Source of the DNA: Candidatus Falkowbacteria bacterium RIFOXYC2_FULL_36_12
GTDB taxonomy: Bacteria; Patescibacteriota; Patescibacteriia; UBA11705
NCBI GenBank assembly: GCA_001778235.1
Contig: MFGJ01000007.1
Coordinates: forward strand, 31,116 to 72,577
DNA: 41,462 nucleotides
Direction: 5' to 3'
Below, piece by piece: positions 20,295-28,504 of this stretch. The notes under the pieces are model-generated. The model ran no database searches and was not told where the DNA came from. It saw only the letters and a list, made by a program, of their open reading frames with translations. Position 1 is the first letter of the stretch. The number at the start of each line of letters is the position of its first letter. Both the position numbers and the translations under genes were made by a program.

Positions 20295-21332
20295 TTAAAA
20301 TCCTTTAACTTGTAACTTGGAGCCAACTTCCTTGATCCATGACTTTTTGCAATCACATTTAAAAGCCAGGACAGCATCCGTAATTATACGCACATTTTTT
20401 TGATGCCGATTGATATCATTGAGATAATTCCTTATTTTATTTGAACAAGTGCAAATTTTTCCAGATTCGTCATAATTCGAAGGAACGGATATTGTTTCCA
20501 CATTATCCTTATAATTTCCCAAAATAATTTTAAAATCATATTTCTGCTCCTTTCTTATTTTGTCCAAAATTTCAATTGACTTGGCTATGCTATATAGCCA
20601 GATAGGTTTAAACTCATTTCTAAAATAAGGAATCTTAGCAATAAAAGAATTTTCCGCAACAAAAAATGGCTGGACCGCAACCACAAGACTGCTTGGTTTA
20701 TTTTTCATTAAACACACCAAATCCTTTACGCTTTTTGCCAAGTCCACAATTGATTCATATTCGCTCATATCAACGGGAGGTTTCAATAAAAGATAAGCTT
20801 GAAATCCCACTCCTTCTTTCTGTAACACATCGATAGCCTTGATGAATCTTTTTTTTGTAAATCCCTTTGCGGTCTTTCTCCTTATTTCATCGCTCATTGT
20901 TTCTAGGCCAACAGCGATAAATAATTTTTTTGGATCAATATATTTTGTTAAGTCTTTTATGTTTTTTGAATTGATAAATTCAGGTCTCGTTTCCAAAACT
21001 ATTTCCTTAATGGAATCTCGATTCAAGGTCTTTACAATCTCCTGACGCGAATTTGCCGAAACCTCACAATCATCAAAAAAACTTCCAGAACTATAAACCT
21101 CAACCCTTGAAATGCTTTTTGTATAATTTTTTTCGAAAAAATCCAAAAAATAACCCCCAACTTTTTGGGGTTCAATTGGTTTTTCCCAATTTATAAAGCC
21201 ACAGTATACGCATCTTTTTCCTTTTCGAACGCTAATACAAGGCACTGTGTTGATGCCTATTTTCCATCGGAGCCCATTTTCATATGGTTCCTTCAGATTT
21301 AGGGTTATTTTCGACTTATTTTTGAATTTCAT
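20295..21332 (-). CDS. Radical SAM protein, RaSEA/TIGR01210-like
   Basis: Cx8Cx2C (CISVRKGKRCVYC), YSSGSFFD, ETRPEFI, AVGLET, KGFT, YLLLKPP, PIWLYS. Confidence 0.82.
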   Translation of the reverse strand: MKFKNKSKITLNLKEPYENGLRWKIGINTVPCISVRKGKRCVYCGFINWEKPIEPQKVGGYFLDFFEKNYTKSISRVEVYSSGSFFDDCEVSANSRQEIVKTLNRDSIKEIVLETRPEFINSKNIKDLTKYIDPKKLFIAVGLETMSDEIRRKTAKGFTKKRFIKAIDVLQKEGVGFQAYLLLKPPVDMSEYESIVDLAKSVKDLVCLMKNKPSSLVVAVQPFFVAENSFIAKIPYFRNEFKPIWLYSIAKSIEILDKIRKEQKYDFKIILGNYKDNVETISVPSNYDESGKICTCSNKIRNYLNDINRHQKNVRIITDAVLAFKCDCKKSWIKEVGSKLQVKGF

Positions 21333-21363
21333 CGATGCGTATTACATATTTAAACTTCGATTA

Positions 21364-21392
21364 ACCGTAGCACTTTATGAATAAAAAATCAA
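21364..21392 (-). promoter_or_regulatory. Candidate promoter of radical SAM operon
   Basis: Minus strand TTGATT, 17 bp, TGn-TACGGT. Confidence 0.4.
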
Positions 21393-21507
21393 TTACAAGT
21401 AGAAACGCACAACATTATTTGGCGAGATAAACTATGTGTCTGCCTGCGGTTCGACTGAACTCGCCGAATGTCCGTTAGACAGATAGCTAATTTGTTATTT
21501 ATTGAAA

Positions 21508-22179
21508 CTATTTTCCTCTGACTACAACTACGAATTCACCTTTTTGTTTTTCAATGACTTGTTCAATAACTTCGGAAAGTGTTCCACGATAGATTGTTTC
21601 AAATTTCTTGGTAAGCTCACGGCCAACAATGATTTGTCTTGAATCGTCAATAAAATCTTTCATTTCTGCCAATGTTTTTATCACTCTGTGTGGTGAGTCG
21701 TAATAAATTGTAGTTATTTTTGAATCATTTATTTGCTGAAATATTTTTGTTTTGCCCTTGTGAGGCATGAAACCAAGAAATAAAAATTTATCGGTCGGAA
21801 AACCTGAAGCACTCAAAATAGTTGTGACAGCACTGGCTCCTGGAATGGGAATTACTTCAATATTGTTTTTTATTGCAAGCTCAACAATTTTGCCACCTGG
21901 ATCTGAAATTCCTGGGGTACCAGCATCAGAAATGTAAGCAATGTTTTTTCCTTGTAATAATGATTCTCCAATTAATCTTTCAATTTTTTCATCTGATGAA
22001 TGCTGGTGCAAACCAATTGTTTTCTTTTTTATATCAAAATGAGACAGTAATTTTGCAGACTGCCTGGTATCTTCACACCAAATAACATCAACACTTTCCA
22101 AGGTTTCCTTGGCTCTAAAGGTTAAATCAGAAAGATTACCGATTGGTGTGGCAACTATGTATAAAATTCCATTTTCCAT
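21508..22179 (-). CDS. rsmI: 16S rRNA C1402 2'-O-methyltransferase
   Basis: LYIVATPIGNL, CEDTR, SDAGTPGISDPG, RELTKKFE. Confidence 0.96.
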   Translation of the reverse strand: MENGILYIVATPIGNLSDLTFRAKETLESVDVIWCEDTRQSAKLLSHFDIKKKTIGLHQHSSDEKIERLIGESLLQGKNIAYISDAGTPGISDPGGKIVELAIKNNIEVIPIPGASAVTTILSASGFPTDKFLFLGFMPHKGKTKIFQQINDSKITTIYYDSPHRVIKTLAEMKDFIDDSRQIIVGRELTKKFETIYRGTLSEVIEQVIEKQKGEFVVVVRGK

Positions 22180-22253
22180 ATAGCTAAACTATAACAGAAT
22201 AATATAAATAAAACAAGTTTTTGCCCAGTTTTAGTATAATAAATTAGCACCTA

Positions 22254-22282
22254 TTGACATTTATTAATGAATATGCTATAAT
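22254..22282 (+). promoter_or_regulatory. Perfect-consensus sigma70 promoter
   Basis: TTGACA, 17 bp, TGn-TATAAT. Confidence 0.8.
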
Positions 22283-22288
22283 TGTTAG

Positions 22289-22777
22289 TTGTAAATTAAA
22301 AAAAGGCAATTTCGCATCACAACCAAGAACATAAGTACGAGGTAAAAATGCGGAAGAGGCTCTAGGACCGTCAAGGAAACGAAGAACGACTTGGCGGGAT
22401 CAGGCTGAAGCAGACAGTGAAGAAGACACTGCTGAAGCCTAAAGGTTCTTCACCCCTCAATCCCAAGTGTCCACAACCCTTCAAAATGTGGGCAAAAATG
22501 GGAGATGAGGGTCGTCAGCTGAAATGCTGATCTCGTCGGCAGGAACATATTTATGTTACCTGGCCGTTAACCCATTTGCAGTGGCTCTTTCATCTCCCTA
22601 GCTGAGGCTAAGGAGAAAAAGGAAACTTCGTGGAGCGTCATAGTTAACCACCCCGGGAATAGGAATTAGGGCGCCCGGCCAGTGGAAAACCCGAGAAAAT
22701 CTCGGGCAGAAAATTGGGATAGCTAACAAAGCGATTCCCTTAGGTCCTCCCCCCGTCGCAAGTGTCGGGGTTTTTTT
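22289..22777 (+). ncRNA. Candidate large structured non-coding RNA of unknown class
   Basis: No ORF of 60 aa or more in any frame; GC-elevated; about seven consecutive helical domains; possible closing stem AGGACC/GGTCCT; own promoter and terminator. Confidence 0.65.
22751..22777 (+). terminator. Intrinsic terminator
   Basis: CCCCG...CGGGG followed by T7. Confidence 0.7.
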
Positions 22778-22871
22778 ATTTTTTAAATTAGAAGGCTACA
22801 ATGAGTTGACAATTTTATCAAATTGATGTATTGTACCTAGTTATGCATTCACCCACAGGCAGGAGGATCAA

Positions 22872-23384
22872 ATGCAGTTTATTGGAGTTTTTGTGGCAAT
22901 TGTAACGGTGATTGCTGTAATTATTGCAATTTTGTATTCTGTTGGAGTGATGCTTATTGGTATCTTGTTGCCGGCGATTGTTTTAATTTTGATCGGTGGC
23001 GGTTTGGCGCTTTACTTTTTCGAAAAGAATAAAACCGGGTCGGCTGTATCGGTGATTTTGGCAACACTTTTGTTGGGGGCAATTTATTACACCAGCGATG
23101 CAAGTACACATAACTTGGGTAAGGTATTAAGTTGCGCAATGCCTGATAATTTTATGGTGTGTCCTTTGTCAAACCAGCTTAAGGTGGAAATTAGATGCAG
23201 ATGGGAGATGAGATGTAAACAGGTAGCTGACCATATCTATACTATCTCGGGTAAGTCTCAACAGGAATTGTACGAATGGGCTCTGCATACCTGTTCTAAA
23301 AGAGTGGGTTACCCACCGTTTGATGCGTATCTAAATTGTCTTGATCGGGCGATGAATCAAGATGATTATAATCGTTGCCAGTGA
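22872..23384 (+). CDS. Orphan membrane protein with Cys-rich C-terminal domain
   Basis: Promoter TTGACA-17-TATTGT (22806-22834), AGGAGG at 22861; about 3 TM helices then 7 Cys. Confidence 0.75.
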   Translation: MQFIGVFVAIVTVIAVIIAILYSVGVMLIGILLPAIVLILIGGGLALYFFEKNKTGSAVSVILATLLLGAIYYTSDASTHNLGKVLSCAMPDNFMVCPLSNQLKVEIRCRWEMRCKQVADHIYTISGKSQQELYEWALHTCSKRVGYPPFDAYLNCLDRAMNQDDYNRCQ

Positions 23385-23425
23385 GACTATTAGAGTTTAT
23401 TTGAGGAGAAAAACTTCATTGGATA

Positions 23426-23454
23426 TTGACAATTATCTTGCGCTATGATATAAT
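23426..23454 (+). promoter_or_regulatory. Perfect-consensus sigma70 promoter
   Basis: TTGACA, 17 bp, TGn-TATAAT. Confidence 0.8.
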
Positions 23455-23460
23455 ATAAAC

Positions 23461-23657
23461 TCGTATGGTCCTGACGGAAGGACCATACAGATTCTCATAC
23501 AATGTCTTGGAAGACTCGAAACACTGAAGGAGGACGCAATGAGGCGTGGATGGTGAGCCAAAAGCCCAAAGCCATCCAGTTCAAGCTCAAAGCTTGGACC
23601 ATGCCAACAACAAATGTTAATATAGACCCCCCGACATGTCGGAGGGTCGTTTATTTT
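23461..23657 (+). ncRNA. Candidate ~200 nt structured RNA
   Basis: GTATGGTCCT/AGGACCATAC hairpin at predicted +1, TGGATGG/CCATCCA, TCAAGC/GCTTGG, terminator GACCCCCCGAC/GTCGGAGGGTC with T-rich tail. Confidence 0.5.
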
Positions 23658-23687
23658 AAAAATGTTATTTTCTGTTATAATAGCTTT

Positions 23688-24542
23688 ATGAAGTCTGCAA
23701 GAAATAAAACTATCTACATCAACCCAACTGAAATTAAATCTTTTCAAGATTTTGAGTTATTACCAAAAGAAATAAATGCGCGTGATTTACAAAATAAAAT
23801 TTATCTAACAAACTCAATAATCGCTTTAGCAAAAATACCTTCTGGTTCAATTGATCTAATTGTTGCAGATCCACCCTATAATATTAATAAAAATTTTGGT
23901 CGAGGATCAATAAAATTACCTGAAGCTGATTTTCGCGATTGGTGTGATAATTGGATTGAACAATGTGCAAGAATACTGAAACCAACCGGATCAATTTACA
24001 TCTGCATTGATTGGGTCAGCTCTGGGATGATCCAAAACATCTTATCAAAATATTTTTTTGTCAGAAATAGAATTACTTGGAAACGAGAAAAAGGCCGAGG
24101 GTCAAAAAATAACTGGAAAAATAATATGGAAGACATCTGGTTCGCGACTAAGTCAGATAATTATACTTTTAACTTGGATGCTGTGAAGGAAAAGAAAAAA
24201 GTCCTAGCGCCATATGTTGATAAATTTGGTGAAGCAAAAGACTGGACTGAAAAAAATGGTGAGAAATTCCGAATGACTCACCCATCAAATATTTGGGTTG
24301 ATCAGGTTGTGCCCTTCTGGTCGATGCCTGAAAATACTGAACATCCGACACAAAAGCCGGAAAAATTGATTGAACGAATAATCCTAGCATCATCTGATGA
24401 AAAAGATTTGGTTTTTGACCCTTTTCTAGGTTCTGGAACAACTGCGGTCGTGGCAAAAAAACTGGGACGAAAATATTGTGGGTTTGAAATTGAAAAAAAG
24501 TTTTATATAATTGCCTGGAAAAGATTAAAAAAAACTGTTTGA
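23688..24542 (+). CDS. Site-specific DNA methyltransferase (N4-C/N6-A, beta class), orphan
   Basis: DPPY precedes HPTQKP and DPFLGSGTT; likely start MKSARNK at 23688. Confidence 0.92.
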   Translation: MKSARNKTIYINPTEIKSFQDFELLPKEINARDLQNKIYLTNSIIALAKIPSGSIDLIVADPPYNINKNFGRGSIKLPEADFRDWCDNWIEQCARILKPTGSIYICIDWVSSGMIQNILSKYFFVRNRITWKREKGRGSKNNWKNNMEDIWFATKSDNYTFNLDAVKEKKKVLAPYVDKFGEAKDWTEKNGEKFRMTHPSNIWVDQVVPFWSMPENTEHPTQKPEKLIERIILASSDEKDLVFDPFLGSGTTAVVAKKLGRKYCGFEIEKKFYIIAWKRLKKTV

Positions 24543-24554
24543 TTAAACAGTTTT
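24531..24554. terminator. Bidirectional hairpin between convergent genes
   Basis: AAAACTGTTT-GATT-AAACAGTTTT. Confidence 0.55.
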
Positions 24555-24949
24555 CAAGATTCAGACTCCCCATTCATCATTTTTAGATAATGACTATAAC
24601 CGATAAAGACCTCCAGCATCTTTTGAATGTCCACAACCTCAAAAGTCTCAATGAGATAAAGCTCCAAATCTTCAAGAAAAATATTAAAATTATATCTCGC
24701 ACCTACTTGATCCTGACAGCTGACAACCATTTTTGTTTTATCTTCAGAAGGATAAATATCATTGGCCATGGATAATAGATCAGATTCAACAGGTCTTGGG
24801 GTTGGACAAATTACCCCTCTAAGAACGAAAGGACCTGGTGTCAGAGAAAAACCAAAAATCGATCCCTTGATATTCTTCAATCTTCTTATCTCAACTACAG
24901 TACCTGCTGGTAGATTCAGAAAATCCTCAAAATTTTCAACTCTTTTCAT
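24554..24949 (-). CDS. Orphan protein (131 aa)
   Basis: Promoter TTGACA(25014)-17-TAATAT, SD CAGGAGGG, then ATG 24949. Confidence 0.7.
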   Translation of the reverse strand: MKRVENFEDFLNLPAGTVVEIRRLKNIKGSIFGFSLTPGPFVLRGVICPTPRPVESDLLSMANDIYPSEDKTKMVVSCQDQVGARYNFNIFLEDLELYLIETFEVVDIQKMLEVFIGYSHYLKMMNGESES

Positions 24950-25120
24950 GTTGGCTTCCCTCCTGGTTTGCCACTGGGAAAATTTATATTAACAATAATT
25001 AATAAAAATGTCAAATACACTTCGATAATTCGATCACGCACTAGAAACAAGTTTAAGTGCATGGGAAGAAGGCTCAATGCAGGCGAAATTCAGAGTGAAA
25101 AGTGAGTGGTGGTTGATTAT

Positions 25121-25290
25121 ACCCTGAAATAAATTCAGGGTGACAAGTGAGGGGTAGTGACAAATTTGGAGATCCTGAATTGACATTAGAGGAAGGAATG
25201 GAAAAATTAATTTGATTTTTGAAGAATTATATCCTGAAACAAGTTCAGGATGACAAATTGGGAGATCCTGAAACAAGTTCAGGATGACAA
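25121..25290. repeat. Cluster of REP-like palindromes ATCCTGAAACAAGTTCAGGATGACAA
   Basis: Identical copies at 25231-25256 and 25265-25290, variant at 25121-25146, partial at 25158-25179. Confidence 0.8.
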
Positions 25291-25304
25291 GAGTGTGAGG
25301 TAGG

Positions 25305-25880
25305 CTATTTTTTCTTCATGTTGATATCGTATAGAATGTATTCAATTTTATTCAAATTTTTCTTGGCTTGATCAAATTTTGTACGAAGATAACCGCCAAG
25401 ATTGTATTCAAGCAATAAATGAATTATGTCTGAAATTTCTTCGGCGATTTTTTTTACTTTTTCAAATTCATCCTTGGATGAAAGCAGGACTGCTTGCCGA
25501 TGAAGCTCTCCAGTAAAATCCGATAATCCCCCGACATATTCGTCAGCATGAATATCCACGCCAACAATTTCTCCGACTTCTTCGCCTTTTTGGTAGGCTA
25601 AAAATAATTTTGCTTCGGCAAATTCTTCAACAGCTGAACTCCAGGTCGGCTCATTTCTTAATTTTTGATTTTGCTTAAAATCAATTTCCATTTTCTGAAT
25701 TAGTTGCTGACTTTCGGCTAATTTTTCTTCTGCTTCTACCATGTTATCTCTGTGAAGTGCAAAAATCGCCTGTTTGGCCAAATGCTGGGCTTGAGCTGAC
25801 TGCCCGATAATTATTCGACGAAATTTATCATAATCTGCTTGATTTGAATTAATTTTTCTCCAAAAATCTTTGTTGATCAT
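25305..25880 (-). CDS. Translin/TRAX-family protein
   Basis: AKQAIFALHR, VEEFAEA, YVGGLSDFTGELHR, LRTKFD. Confidence 0.82.
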   Translation of the reverse strand: MINKDFWRKINSNQADYDKFRRIIIGQSAQAQHLAKQAIFALHRDNMVEAEEKLAESQQLIQKMEIDFKQNQKLRNEPTWSSAVEEFAEAKLFLAYQKGEEVGEIVGVDIHADEYVGGLSDFTGELHRQAVLLSSKDEFEKVKKIAEEISDIIHLLLEYNLGGYLRTKFDQAKKNLNKIEYILYDINMKKK

Positions 25881-26003
25881 AGATGTTGTGATGTGTAATA
25901 CTGAAATATTGAAATAATGTAATATTGGGTTATGATCCTATTTTTACATTTTTCAAATAAGTCATTTTTATAAATTTATTAATTCTGTTTTGTAATTCAT
26001 TCC

Positions 26004-26030
26004 ATAATAATAATAATAATAATAATAATA
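26004..26030. repeat. (ATA)9 microsatellite
   Basis: 27 nt perfect trinucleotide run in the mltG-translin spacer. Confidence 0.9.
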
Positions 26031-26088
26031 TTTCTCGTAGAAGGACGAATCCGTCCTCTGGTTGATATTATTACAATATATCAATATT

Positions 26089-27096
26089 TCAATCGAGATA
26101 TTTATTTCTATTCATAATATGTTCCTCGTGATTTCGGCTGAAGATTATTTCATTGGTTGGGGTTGTAAGGAAAAAATAATATGGAGTTGATTGGGGATAA
26201 ATTACTGCTTTGATTGACTCGATGCTTGGATTGGAAATTGGGGTTGGTGGTAAACCAATTATCTGATAAGTATTATAAGGATTTTCAATAACCGTGTCAT
26301 CAATGCTAGGTCTGGTTGTACCTTTGTTGGTAATATAGTTTACGGTTGCATCTGACTGGAGAGGATAATTATCGCCAATTCTTTTCCAAAAAATATTAGC
26401 CACAATTTGCCTGTTTTCATAACCAAACATTTCTTTTTCCACAATACTAGCCAGGGTTAGAATATGATAAAAATCTTTTTTTTGTGCTTTTACCTCCGCT
26501 AGTAAGTCACTCGTAACCTTGTATTCAAAATTATCCAGCATTTTACGAACAACTTCTTCAGGAGTTGAGTCTACATATACTTTATATGTGTCAGGATAAA
26601 GAAACCCTTCGAGACTGGCTGATTTAGGCTTGTATTTCAAAATTTCATAATCCAGATTTGGTGTATCTTCTACAATCTTGAGAAAATCAGTTGCTTTGAA
26701 AAGTTCTTTTGATTCAAGGTATTCGGCAATCTCTTCCTTTTTCCAACCTTCAAGAATTGTAATTGAAATTTCCTGTCTAACTTCTTTGCCGGCAGTTAAA
26801 ATACTGATTATTTTCTTCAAACTCATATCAGTTGAAAGATGATATTCACCTGGTTTGAAATTTTTACGAGCACCAGAAAGAACAACGAAAATTTTTGCAG
26901 TGAAATCTTTGCTCGAAAAACCTTGTTTTTTCAAACTATCAATAATTTGGGTGACGCCTTGACCTTCTTCAATAACAAATGTTTTAGACCCAAATGGATT
27001 ATTGTTTGGACTCTCAACTAAAATATTGAGTCCAACCCAGAAAAGAAAAGTCAACCCAATAATCGCGATAATAGAATTTAGAACTTTTTTTGTCAT
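26089..27096 (-). CDS. mltG: Endolytic transglycosylase MltG
   Basis: LEGFLYPDTY, LASIVEKE, LQSDATVNY, PYNTY, GLPPTPISNP. Confidence 0.95.
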   Translation of the reverse strand: MTKKVLNSIIAIIGLTFLFWVGLNILVESPNNNPFGSKTFVIEEGQGVTQIIDSLKKQGFSSKDFTAKIFVVLSGARKNFKPGEYHLSTDMSLKKIISILTAGKEVRQEISITILEGWKKEEIAEYLESKELFKATDFLKIVEDTPNLDYEILKYKPKSASLEGFLYPDTYKVYVDSTPEEVVRKMLDNFEYKVTSDLLAEVKAQKKDFYHILTLASIVEKEMFGYENRQIVANIFWKRIGDNYPLQSDATVNYITNKGTTRPSIDDTVIENPYNTYQIIGLPPTPISNPSIESIKAVIYPQSTPYYFFLTTPTNEIIFSRNHEEHIMNRNKYLD

Positions 27097-28172
27097 AAAA
27101 ACTTATTTTGGTTATTTTTTTTTAATCTTTCAACTATTTTTTTTACTTCCTGCGATTTGCTTTTGGGACAGATTAGGAGAACATCTGGCGTATCAATAAT
27201 TGCCAAGTCATTTAGGCCGATGGTTGCTATCAATTTATTTTTTGGGGCGTAGATCAGACAGTCTGATGAATTTTCATGAATATGATTTGCCTTGGCAACA
27301 TTGGCATGATCATCTACTGAATTTTGTTGAGCTTCATAGAGAACATCAAAAGCACCAACATCACTCCAGCCAAAATTTCCTTTGATTATGATTACTTCAC
27401 TTGGATCAATTTTTTCAGTAATGGCATAATCAAAAGAAATTTTTTCCATTTGATTGAAGGCTGAACAAACTAGTTCCTGATTGTTAATTGCCAAAGCTTC
27501 AACAATTTGATGAAGTTTTTCTGAATGAGCTGGGCTATGTTTAGAAAAGGCTTCAAGAATTTTTCGTGGAGTCCACATGTAATAATTGGCATGCCAAAGA
27601 TAGTCGCCTGCTTCTAAATACTGTTTTGCTAATTCAAAAACTGGTTTTTCAGTGTGACCTCTGAATTCATATACTTCTGCGGAGTTATTTTCAAGGCAAT
27701 TTCCAATTCGGGTGTAGCCGAGTACTGTGCTGGGAAAAGTCGGTTGGATAGCGATGTCAATCATTTTTGAGGTTGAGCGAATTAATTCGTCAGCTTTTTT
27801 TATTGTCTGAATAAATTTGTTGTTATCAAAAATATAGTGGTCTGATGGGATATAGGCGATCGGTTCATCAGGGAATTGATTATAAAGTTTGGCAGCAATA
27901 AAACCCATTGCCGGTGCTGTATCACGCTTTTCTGGTTCTATTATATAATTTTCTAATGGAATTTCCGGCACAAGTTCTCTAGCTTGGGCAACTAAATCCG
28001 GATTCAGACTGACATAGATATCTGTAATTGGAAATTCAGATTTAAAACGATTAACTGTTTGTTCAAACAGTGTTTTTTCACCTACTATTTTGCTAAATTG
28101 TTTTGGCTTACTTTCACGGCTAAGTGGCCATAATCGTGTACCACCGCCACCAGCGAGAATTACGAGTTTCAT
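27093..28172 (-). CDS. manC: Mannose-1-phosphate guanylyltransferase
   Basis: ILAGGGGTRLWPLSR..PKQF, EPEKRDTAPA, PSDH, ISFDYA, GWSDVG. Confidence 0.92.
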   Translation of the reverse strand: MKLVILAGGGGTRLWPLSRESKPKQFSKIVGEKTLFEQTVNRFKSEFPITDIYVSLNPDLVAQARELVPEIPLENYIIEPEKRDTAPAMGFIAAKLYNQFPDEPIAYIPSDHYIFDNNKFIQTIKKADELIRSTSKMIDIAIQPTFPSTVLGYTRIGNCLENNSAEVYEFRGHTEKPVFELAKQYLEAGDYLWHANYYMWTPRKILEAFSKHSPAHSEKLHQIVEALAINNQELVCSAFNQMEKISFDYAITEKIDPSEVIIIKGNFGWSDVGAFDVLYEAQQNSVDDHANVAKANHIHENSSDCLIYAPKNKLIATIGLNDLAIIDTPDVLLICPKSKSQEVKKIVERLKKNNQNKFL

Positions 28173-28385
28173 GGGATTACTAATTACGAATAACTATGAA
28201 TCTACCACTGCTAGTATTATCTTAATTTAAGCATAAATAATGAAATATTGAAATAGTGTAATAGTGAAATATGGTCGAAAATATGTGAAAAACATTTTTC
28301 CGTGAGGAGTCTGCAAGAACGACATAACAGTCTCTGACACCTCGAATTTATTTACCTAATTTTAGTATAAAAATCAAGTGCATTA

Positions 28386-28414
28386 TTGACTTTTTATCGA
28401 ATATATGCTATAAT
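28386..28414 (+). promoter_or_regulatory. Sigma70 promoter of GC-rich cassette
   Basis: TTGACT, 17 bp, TGn-TATAAT. Confidence 0.75.
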
Positions 28415-28504
28415 TATAAGAAGTACCTAGACAACTGAACGGCCGCTTTAGGCGGACATGCACCCCACAGCATTGGAGCTTTAGGCTCCAGGAGGGTAAT
28501 TATC

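Noticed and set aside
21433-21484. tRNA or attachment site at the island's right edge (GGTTCGACT)
   Set aside because: No cloverleaf can be formed; it is a nested hairpin, more like a REP or rsmI terminator. No matching direct repeat or integrase was seen at the left edge.
22289-22777. RNase P, tmRNA, SRP RNA or group I/II intron identity
   Set aside because: No GAGGAAAGUCC/P4 pair, no tRNA-like ends or CCA, only a chance-level TCAGG..GAAGCAG resemblance to SRP, and no group II domain V or group I core seen on either strand.
23502-23687. N-terminal extension of the methyltransferase in the ORF track
   Set aside because: It runs through a hairpin-rich region and a terminator; ATG 23688 gives a normal-sized enzyme.
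23688-24949. Complete restriction-modification system
   Set aside because: The convergent 131 aa ORF shows no recognisable PD-(D/E)xK, HNH or GIY-YIG motif.
25034-25276. 80 aa minus-strand ORF
   Set aside because: It is a translation of the palindromic repeats (CHPELVSG-type sequence).
25121-25290. CRISPR array
   Set aside because: Spacing is irregular (8 nt between the identical copies), there are only about three copies, and no cas genes are present.
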